From an uncultured Actinomycetota bacterium (lineage in GTDB: Bacteria; Actinomycetota; Actinomycetes; CAVWCF01), in assembly GCA_963753435.1 (NCBI GenBank), contig CAVWCF010000001.1, positions 864,001 through 928,000 of the forward strand: 64,000 nucleotides of DNA, read 5' to 3'. Both the position numbers and the translations under genes were made by a program. Under the pieces are notes generated by a model. The model ran no database searches. It was not told the origin of the DNA and saw only the letters and a list, made by a program, of their open reading frames with translations. Positions 56,939-64,000 of the stretch are shown here, piece by piece (position 1 is the first letter of the stretch; every line of letters starts with the position of its first letter).

Positions 56939-57085
56939 TTATGACTCGCTTTCGGGGCTTCGGCGGTCCCGCTCGCGGTTGGGCCGAGTGGGTGGAACTA
57001 CAGCATCGCTACCGCATGGTAATCGGCGCCGGGCCGATAACCCCGGCTAGCGCACTCAGGCGGCGGCGGAGGGCATGCTGCGGCC

Positions 57086-57631
57086 ATGCTGCCAGTGGAA
57101 ATCGCCGCGGGGGTCCTGCAGTTGCGGCCGCTGGAGTCCGGCCACACGTCGCAACTGCTGGACAGCCTGAATGACCCGGGGCTGCGGGCGGCCAGCGCCA
57201 TCGCCGCGCGGGGCGACCGAACGGCGGCTGCGGCGACAGCCCAGTTCATCGCTGCCACGCAGGACTGGACGGACCGCGAGTGCTGCTGGGGGATCTTCGA
57301 CACCACGGGGACCGTTCTCGGTGGTGTCAGCGTTTTCGCGATCGACGCTGACCAAGCCAGTGGTCAGGTGGGCTACTGGACGCTGCCGGGCGCCCGCGGG
57401 CGTGGCGTGGCCACCGCCGCCGTCAAAGCCGTTTCCAGGTGGGCCTTCGGCCAACTCCAGTTGCACCGGATCGAGTTGTTTCACGCCGTGGACAACCTGC
57501 CGTCATGCCGGGTGGCCCAACGGGCCGGGTTCACCCTGGAAGGTGAACTGCGGCAGAGCTACCGGTACCACGACGGGATTCGTCGGGACGAACACCTGCA
57601 CGCGCGGCTGGCCGCGGACCCAGCACCGTGA
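57086..57631 (+). CDS. GNAT acetyltransferase (RimJ/RimL family)
   Basis: VGYW.LPGARGRGVA, N.PS.RVA.RAGF..EG. Confidence 0.9.
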   Translation: MLPVEIAAGVLQLRPLESGHTSQLLDSLNDPGLRAASAIAARGDRTAAAATAQFIAATQDWTDRECCWGIFDTTGTVLGGVSVFAIDADQASGQVGYWTLPGARGRGVATAAVKAVSRWAFGQLQLHRIELFHAVDNLPSCRVAQRAGFTLEGELRQSYRYHDGIRRDEHLHARLAADPAP

Positions 57632-57677
57632 GCCAGCCCCTGCCTTCGGGTTCCCGTCATCGTGCGGAACCGGCCCA

Positions 57678-58892
57678 ATGAGTACACGCCGCAGGAGTAG
57701 CGGGCAGGCGGGGGCGCAACCGGACGCCGAAACCGCGGAATTGTCCAGCGCCGAAGCTCGCCGGATCGCGCTGCGCGCCCAGGGCCTGCTCGGCACGCGC
57801 ATCACCGGCGGCCCGTTGGGGGTTCTGCGGCGAGTCGGCGCGGTGCAACTGGACACGATCAGCGTGTTGGCCCGCAGCCATGAACTGATCCCCTATGCCC
57901 GGCTCGGACCCGTCGGAGCGCGCCGGGTCGAGCGGGCCTTCTGGTCCGGGGGCACCCCGCGAACGTTTGAGTACTGGGCCCACGCCGCCTGCATCCTCCC
58001 CATCGAGGACTGGCCGCTGTTCGCCTTCCGCCGCCAGCAGTTCCGCGAACGGGGCAAGCGCTGGCATGACGTCCCCACGACCGCCGTCGCACAGGTCAAG
58101 CAACGGCTGCGTGATGAGGGCCCGCTGATGACCCGCGACCTCGGCGGCGGGCGACGCGGTGGGCCTTGGTGGGACTGGTCCGACGTCAAGGTCGCCGTCG
58201 AATGGCTGCTGGACATCGGCGAAGTCACCGTCGCCAGGCGAGTCGGCTTCCAGCGCGTCTACGACCTCGCCGAGCGGGTAGTCCCGAACGAACTGCTCGG
58301 CCGCGAATTGGGCGAGTCCGAGTGCATTCCGCAGCTCGTGACGCGCGCCGGTCGCGCCATGGGCGTGGCCACTGTGAGCGATCTGGCCGACTACTACCGC
58401 CTGACCAGTGATCAGGTACGCCAGGCCCTGCCGGCAACGGATCTGGTGCCGGTTCGGGTTGAGGGCTGGCGCGGCCACGCCTTTGCCGATCCAAGCGGCC
58501 TGGAACAGCTCGGGGCTCGAGCCAGGACCCGGCCGACCCTGCTGTCGCCATTCGACTCGCTCATCTGGGACCGCCGCCGGACGGCTCGGCTGTTCGACTT
58601 CGCCCACCGTTTGGAGGCATACGTCCCAGCTCCCAAGCGGGTCCACGGCTACTACGCCATGCCGGTCCTGGCCGGAGACCGGCTGGTAGGTCGTGTCGAC
58701 CCGGTCCGCGAGGGCTCGATCCTGCACGCGCGCCGCGTCAGCATCGACGAACCTGAGGCGATCCCGGCGGTGGCCAAGGCGATAGCCACAGCCGCCGACT
58801 GGGTGGGGTGCGAGTCGGTACTGATCGGGCGGGTGACACCGCAAGAACACGAGGCCGCGTTGACCGCGGCCGCCGACGTCAGGCGATGCTGA
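57678..58892 (+). CDS. HTH_42 DNA glycosylase (YcaQ/AlkZ family)
   Basis: EARRIALRAQG, VQLDTISV.ARSH (QxD motif), FEYWAH, LLSPFD, EAYVP..KR..GYY. Confidence 0.92.
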   Translation: MSTRRRSSGQAGAQPDAETAELSSAEARRIALRAQGLLGTRITGGPLGVLRRVGAVQLDTISVLARSHELIPYARLGPVGARRVERAFWSGGTPRTFEYWAHAACILPIEDWPLFAFRRQQFRERGKRWHDVPTTAVAQVKQRLRDEGPLMTRDLGGGRRGGPWWDWSDVKVAVEWLLDIGEVTVARRVGFQRVYDLAERVVPNELLGRELGESECIPQLVTRAGRAMGVATVSDLADYYRLTSDQVRQALPATDLVPVRVEGWRGHAFADPSGLEQLGARARTRPTLLSPFDSLIWDRRRTARLFDFAHRLEAYVPAPKRVHGYYAMPVLAGDRLVGRVDPVREGSILHARRVSIDEPEAIPAVAKAIATAADWVGCESVLIGRVTPQEHEAALTAAADVRRC

Positions 58893-59526
58893 CCAGGCCC
58901 TGGCGCACCCCGTGTGCCACTGCCCCAGTCCGCGAACGGGTCCCGGTCTTCTCCAGGATCCGGCGGACATGGTTCTTGACGGTGTTCTCGCTGATGAACA
59001 GCCGATCGGCGATGTCCCGGTTGCTGGCACCGGCCGCGATCAGGCGCAACACCTCCAACTCGCGTTCCGTCAGAGGTTCGGCGCTCGGGTCGTCGCGCAC
59101 CAGCGCCTGCAGCAGCTGCTCGGTCAGCGGGGGGCTCACGTGCACGGAACCGTCGGCGACGGCACGCACCCCAGCCGCGATCTCACCGATCGGCGCGTCG
59201 CGCAGCAGGTATCCCGCAGCGCCGGAACGCAACGCCAACGTGACCGACTGGGAGTCCGCCGACTCGGCCAGCAGCACGATGTGGGCCGGCGCCACGGCTT
59301 CCTGCCAGTTGCCCCATTGCGCCGACCCGGGCACACACATCCGCGCGGGCAGCAGGACCACGTCCGGGGTCAGACGGCGAACCACGCCGCGGGCGTCATC
59401 AAGGTCGGCCGCAACCGCGACGCTGGGCTCACCGAGGACCTCAGCCAGGGCCAACGCAGTGCCACGGCGATCCAGTTCGCGGTCGTCGACGACGAGCACC
59501 CAGCCGCTACGTCGCCTGCGCACCAC
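58879..59526 (-). CDS. NarL/LuxR-family response regulator with degenerate receiver
   Basis: HTH LTERELEVLRLIA.G.SN..IA..LFISENTVKNHV; the phosphoacceptor Asp is replaced (DVVLLPARM). Confidence 0.85.
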   Translation of the reverse strand: MVRRRRSGWVLVVDDRELDRRGTALALAEVLGEPSVAVAADLDDARGVVRRLTPDVVLLPARMCVPGSAQWGNWQEAVAPAHIVLLAESADSQSVTLALRSGAAGYLLRDAPIGEIAAGVRAVADGSVHVSPPLTEQLLQALVRDDPSAEPLTERELEVLRLIAAGASNRDIADRLFISENTVKNHVRRILEKTGTRSRTGAVAHGVRQGLVSIA

Positions 59527-59586
59527 CGGACCCCACCTCCCGGCGACATCCTGGCACCGTCGTCAGCGGCGCGAGGCCGCTTCAAC

Positions 59587-60210
59587 TCAGGCGTCGGTCA
59601 CGTTGAGGTGGATGACCCCGTAGTCGTAGCCGCGGCGCCGGTAGACCACGCTCGGCCGCCCACTTTCCTTGTCGGCGTAGAGGAAGAAGTCATGGCCGAC
59701 GAGTTCCATCTCGTACAGCGCCTGGTCCAACGTCATCGGCATGGCGTCGTGCTCCTTCTCCCGCACGACCATGGGCCCGTCCGCTGCGATCGTCGTGGCC
59801 GCACCGGGCTCGGCGACCTCGAAAGCGGTGTCCGGCTGGACCGGCGGGGTCGCCGAAACCAGCGATGCGTCGGCTTCGGCCACGATGCGCCGGGCATCGC
59901 GGCGGCGATGGTCCGCACGCCGATCGGCCCACCGACGCAACCGACCTTCCAGCTTGTCCATGGCCGCGTCCAGAGCAGCGTGCTTCTCCTCGGCGGAGGC
60001 TTCGGCGCGAATCACCGGGCCGCGACCGCGGCAAGTGAGTTCGACACGGTATGCGCGCTCGGCAAGGCGGGGGTTGGACTCCTTGGAGACCTCTACGTCG
60101 ACGCGCTGCAACTTCGGGTCGTACCGCTCCAACTTGTCGAGTTTCTCGCTTACGACCTCACGGAACTTGTCGGACACCTCCAGGTGCCGACCACTGACAA
60201 CGACGTCCAT
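59587..60210 (-). CDS. hpf: Ribosome hibernation promoting factor (long HPF)
   Basis: MDVVVSGRH, RVELT...GPVIRAEA, PMTLDQALYEMELVGHDF, YRR..YDYG; SD GAGGAGG. Confidence 0.95.
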   Translation of the reverse strand: MDVVVSGRHLEVSDKFREVVSEKLDKLERYDPKLQRVDVEVSKESNPRLAERAYRVELTCRGRGPVIRAEASAEEKHAALDAAMDKLEGRLRRWADRRADHRRRDARRIVAEADASLVSATPPVQPDTAFEVAEPGAATTIAADGPMVVREKEHDAMPMTLDQALYEMELVGHDFFLYADKESGRPSVVYRRRGYDYGVIHLNVTDA

Positions 60211-60317
60211 GTCCGCCTCCTCACCAACGGCCGTGGCAAGCCCGGCCGAAACCAAGCGACCACACGGATCCGTCTCGTCTTGCGAACCGGACACGCGCGG
60301 TCGTCACAGTTGAGACG

Positions 60318-61085
60318 CTAGTCCAGACCGACCCGGCGCGACACCCGACCATGGTCCTGACTGGGTTGCTCCCCTACGGGAATCACCTGCTGCCGGGCAA
60401 CAGCGTCGCGCGGATGGGTGATGCTGACGACGGCGTCCACGTTCCAGCCCGCGGCTCTGGCAGCACGGGCCGCTTCCAGCGCCGTGGAACCGGTGGTGAC
60501 AACGTCATCGACTAGGACCGCGCGGCCGGCACCGCTCGGAGCGCGGGCGCGCAGCGCGCCGTGAACATTGCCCCGCCGATCTGCGGCCCGGAGCCGACTC
60601 TGATCCGGTCCGCCGCGTACCCACTGCAGCGCCAGCGACACCTGCACCCGGATACCCGCGGCGCTGAGGAGCGCCGCAGCACCGAGGGCCAGTTGGACCA
60701 CTGGGTCCTGGGGCCGGCGCAGTCGATTTCGAGGCCGCTGCGGGATCGGGAGCAGCGTCACCGCATCACCCTGGGCGCGATCACACTGGGCCCGATCACA
60801 CTGGGCCCGATCACACTGGGCCCGATCGGAGAGCAGAACCTGGGCCAGCGGTCTGGCCAACGCAGCAGATAACAGCGGGGTCAGGGCGCGCGCCCCGGAC
60901 TCCTTGAGCGCGACGACCATTCGCGAGGCCGGCGGCTCATGTGGCGCAGCCCAGGCGCGCAGCAGCCCGTCGCGGCGTTGCACCTCGACTTCGCAGGCAG
61001 CCATCGCCGCGGCGCAGTCGGCGCATAAGGGTCCGGCCCGCAGTTGGCAGCCCAGACAAGTCGGCTGCAGCAGCGCGTTCCACAC
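60318..61085 (-). CDS. comF: ComF-family protein (Zn ribbon plus PRTase)
   Basis: CLGC...LCADC, Q..L...R..N, LVDDVVTTGST; lies between lpqB and hpf. Confidence 0.88.
   Translation of the reverse strand: MWNALLQPTCLGCQLRAGPLCADCAAAMAACEVEVQRRDGLLRAWAAPHEPPASRMVVALKESGARALTPLLSAALARPLAQVLLSDRAQCDRAQCDRAQCDRAQGDAVTLLPIPQRPRNRLRRPQDPVVQLALGAAALLSAAGIRVQVSLALQWVRGGPDQSRLRAADRRGNVHGALRARAPSGAGRAVLVDDVVTTGSTALEAARAARAAGWNVDAVVSITHPRDAVARQQVIPVGEQPSQDHGRVSRRVGLD
60764..60827. repeat. 15-bp tandem repeat inside comF (3 perfect copies, 1 degenerate, 1 partial)
   Basis: GATCACACTGGGCCC at 60779, 60794 and 60809; CATCACCCTGGGCGC at 60764; encodes DRAQC x3 then DRAQG. Confidence 0.95.
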
Positions 61086-61185
61086 CCCGAAACGGTCCCC
61101 GGCAACTGAGGGCCGCGCCCGTGGGTTGCGACCCCGGTGGACAGCTCATGGCTGTGATCGGCTGTGTACGGCCCCGATGCGGGCC

Positions 61186-62913
61186 CTAGCCCGGGTAGGC
61201 GACCTCGGTCGCGGATCCCTCCGCACGCCAACCGAAGCCGCGATCCACCCACACCTGCGAGTTGGCGGTTACCGCCAGCAGCGGGCGGGCCGGCGCCGCC
61301 GCGAGGCTGCGTACCTCCGGCAGCGAGCCGGGGGCGGTGACCGCGAAGTTCGGATCGATGAGGAACGGCTCCAGCGTGCCCCGTTCGCTGCGCGCCAACA
61401 CCGCCAGCCGCGTGGCATTGGCCCAACTCACCTGCCGGACGTCGACGAGTTCGGACTCCAGGCGGCGCAGGGCCCCGATCCGGATCCCATCAGCTTCCCG
61501 CTCAATGCGGGCAACGAAGAGCAACCCCCGACCATCCTCCTCGAGGATGACCGCGGCCCGAGCGCCGTCCCGGGCCATCCGGAAGTCCAGGACGCGCCGA
61601 CCCTGCAACTCATCGGCTTCCACCCGCTCGGGCGAACCGCCTAACTGCACCCGCCACACGGCCGCACCGGAACCAGTCCGGTCCACCACCCACACGGTGT
61701 CAAAGGGGTCCCAGGTTGGCCGGGTCAGGTCGGTACCGGAAAGGACCGGCTCGGCCGTGAAGGTCTCCCACTGCCCCACGAGCAGGTCCGGCCCGTTCAA
61801 TGTCGCAGCCGCCGAACCGTCCAGCGACACGGCCACCGATCGCGGCGTCAACGAACCATCACCCAACGGACCGGGAACCGGCTCGGCGGAATCCCCGACG
61901 CCGGACACCAGCGCCCCGTCCACCACCGCGTAAGCAGTCGCGTCGGCGGGCAGGCCGTCGGGATCGAAGGAGGGCCAGGCGTCGCGGCTTTGCACTTCGT
62001 CAGCACCGGGGACAGCAAGGGCGGAATCCCCGGCGCGGATTCGCACACCAGTGACCTCGGGCAACTGGCGCAGGGTCCAAACCAGTTGTGCCGACAACTG
62101 CCTGCGCGCTTCCGGCCCGGCGCTGAGTACGTCCGCGGACAACTGCACGGTGGCAATACCGTCGGCGATCGGGGCGGCCGCCGCGGTCAGTGACGTGCCC
62201 GGGGGGAACGCGGTAGTGACCGCCGGATCCAGCCACGGAGTCGGCCCGGCCAACAGGGCGCGGACCAAGGTCGTCGAAACCCCGGGCAGCGCGGCCGGAA
62301 CGACCACGTTGTCAGGCACCAGACGCACGCCAGAGGCGTCGACGAACATCAGGCTGAACGAGCGGAAGGCGCGGGCCACGTCCAGCGTCGAGAGCAGCAG
62401 GCCGCTGGGCAGTCGACTGATGCGCCACTCCCCGTCGACCTGCCGCAGGTCGTAATCGGCCCGGACCTGCGCGCCGGCGCCCGAGGCCGCGTACTCGCCG
62501 CGGCCGGAGATCTTGGCGACCTCGCCGGCGGTCAAAGCCACGGCGACTTCGGACGACTCGGTCAGGTCCAGGCTGGTCGGGTCATACACGACCGTGCCGA
62601 TCGATGTGTCCCACGCCTCCCGGATCTCCGGCGCCAAGTACTGGCGGGCAACCTCATGGTTGGACTCGAAGGCGGCCGAGGCAGCCAGGAAACCCTCCAC
62701 GATCTGCATCTGATCCGCCCCCGGCGCCGGCGGCCGCGCCAGGACCCGGATGAAGGCGCCGGCCTCGCGATCACCGCCAACCGCCTCACCCTGCCGGACC
62801 GGGCTGCTGGTGGGAATGGCCGCGCATCCGGTGAGGAGGACCGCCGCCGCGGCCACCAGCGCGACCAACGTCCAAGCCGGTCGGCGAGCCCAGCCGCCGC
62901 CGATGGCGTTCAC
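61186..62913 (-). CDS. lpqB: Lipoprotein LpqB
   Basis: Lipobox LTGC, IVEGFL.A, GEWRIS, GP..WL, AQLVWTL, C-terminal YPG; follows mtrB. Confidence 0.93.
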   Translation of the reverse strand: MNAIGGGWARRPAWTLVALVAAAAVLLTGCAAIPTSSPVRQGEAVGGDREAGAFIRVLARPPAPGADQMQIVEGFLAASAAFESNHEVARQYLAPEIREAWDTSIGTVVYDPTSLDLTESSEVAVALTAGEVAKISGRGEYAASGAGAQVRADYDLRQVDGEWRISRLPSGLLLSTLDVARAFRSFSLMFVDASGVRLVPDNVVVPAALPGVSTTLVRALLAGPTPWLDPAVTTAFPPGTSLTAAAAPIADGIATVQLSADVLSAGPEARRQLSAQLVWTLRQLPEVTGVRIRAGDSALAVPGADEVQSRDAWPSFDPDGLPADATAYAVVDGALVSGVGDSAEPVPGPLGDGSLTPRSVAVSLDGSAAATLNGPDLLVGQWETFTAEPVLSGTDLTRPTWDPFDTVWVVDRTGSGAAVWRVQLGGSPERVEADELQGRRVLDFRMARDGARAAVILEEDGRGLLFVARIEREADGIRIGALRRLESELVDVRQVSWANATRLAVLARSERGTLEPFLIDPNFAVTAPGSLPEVRSLAAAPARPLLAVTANSQVWVDRGFGWRAEGSATEVAYPG

Positions 62914-64000
62914 GTTGCGGCCCGTCCCGCGGCTGCCGACGCCGCCGACGCCGACTTGTCGTCTCCTTCGGCGTCCTCCGGCAGCAGCGGCAGCGGTGAT
63001 GACTGCAGGTCCACGCCGGCTCGTTGCGGCAGGGTGAGCCGGAAGTGGGCGCCCCGGCCGGGCTCACCCCACGCCTGCAGCCAGCCGCCGTGCAAGCGGG
63101 CATCCTCCAGCGCGATCGCCAACCCCAGTCCGGTGCCACCGGTGTTCCGCGCCCGAGCCGGGTCTGCCCGCCAGAAGCGATTGAAGACCAGCGACGACTC
63201 CCCCGGACGCAGACCCACGCCGTAGTCGCGAACTCCGATCGCGGCAGCACCATCACCGGTTGCCACCGTAACTACGACATCTCGACCCTCGCCGTGCTCG
63301 ATGGCGTTGACGACAAGATTGCGCAGGATTCGGTCAACACGCCTGGAGTCCACTTCGGCCAGACATGGCCGCTCGGGCACCTGCAGGCGCACGGACGTGG
63401 AACGCCTGGCGGCTAGGGGTTCGCAGCCTTCAGCCACCCGTCGCGCCAGCGACCGTAGATCGATCTGCTCCCGCTCCAGGATCACCGCTCCGGCATCGTG
63501 CCGACTGATTTCCAGCAGATCCGAGAGCAGCGCCTCGAAGCGGTCGAGCTGGTCCTGCAGCAACTCCGCCGAGCGGCGAGTCCCGTCATCGAAGGAGTCG
63601 CTGGCCTCGTGCAATACATCCGCGGCCATTCGAACCGTGGTCAGTGGCGTGCGCAGTTCGTGGGAGACGTCGGACACGAATCGCCGTTGCACCCGCGACA
63701 GGTCCTCCAGCTGGCGGATCTGCCGCTCCAGACTGGCGGCCATCTGATTGAACGACGTCGCCAGCCGGGTCAAGTCGTCTTCACCGGATACCACCATGCG
63801 CTCCGACAGCCGACCGGCGGAGAACTCCTCTGCGATGCGCGCCGCCTTTCGCACCGGGTCGGTCACCTGACGTGTCACCAGCCAAGCGATGCCACCGAGA
63901 ACCAGCAGCAGGACGACACCAGCAGCGATCAGGGTGCGTTGCACCAGCGCGAGCGTCGATTCCTCCGCCCCCAGCGGGAAGAGGTAGTACAACTCGTAGC
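62910..64000 (-). CDS. mtrB: Sensor histidine kinase MtrB (5' part outside window)
   Basis: HAMP domain, FVSDVSHELRTPLTT, NAIEH, DYGVG, FNRFWRADPAR, GTGLGL. Confidence 0.95.
   Translation of the reverse strand, partial: YELYYLFPLGAEESTLALVQRTLIAAGVVLLLVLGGIAWLVTRQVTDPVRKAARIAEEFSAGRLSERMVVSGEDDLTRLATSFNQMAASLERQIRQLEDLSRVQRRFVSDVSHELRTPLTTVRMAADVLHEASDSFDDGTRRSAELLQDQLDRFEALLSDLLEISRHDAGAVILEREQIDLRSLARRVAEGCEPLAARRSTSVRLQVPERPCLAEVDSRRVDRILRNLVVNAIEHGEGRDVVVTVATGDGAAAIGVRDYGVGLRPGESSLVFNRFWRADPARARNTGGTGLGLAIALEDARLHGGWLQAWGEPGRGAHFRLTLPQRAGVDLQSSPLPLLPEDAEGDDKSASAASAAAGRAAT

Noticed and set aside
60764-60827. Repeat considered as a CRISPR array
   Set aside because: Units are 15 bp, directly adjacent with no spacers, and in frame within comF; no cas genes.

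Overview
High-GC actinobacterial chromosome window, mostly core genes. The left block runs phenylalanine hydroxylase, ABC transporter, kgd, malic enzyme, sodX/sodN, anti-sigma/SigB-type sigma, whiB1, pdtaS, bioAFDB, an HD-GYP pair, rsrA-sigH(sigR), SRAP, aroA and rsgA. The right block runs gdh, pruA, WS/DGAT, secA, hpf, comF, lpqB and mtrB. I saw no rRNA, tRNA, CRISPR array, integrase or transposase. The notable part is about 22.4-31.6 kb. (1) An unannotated 19-aa ORF (MTISSMLERFLMTNGHGWH) with a strong SD precedes an active plus a degenerate membrane-bound HD-GYP protein and is divergent from two hypothetical genes, a candidate peptide-linked c-di-GMP signalling module. (2) A 5-kb accessory island holds a FabR/DesT-like TetR, two FabR/DesT-like operators over a sigma70-type promoter, an orphan ATP-grasp enzyme, two paralogous amphipathic helical proteins, a membrane protein, a small PCP_red/DUF2621-like protein and a bilin-reductase/RCCR-like protein. 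Next to secA is an uncharacterised CpaE-like/SAF/Xis-HTH/LysM module with 10-bp-phased repeats. All family assignments come from motif recognition by eye; no database search was run.
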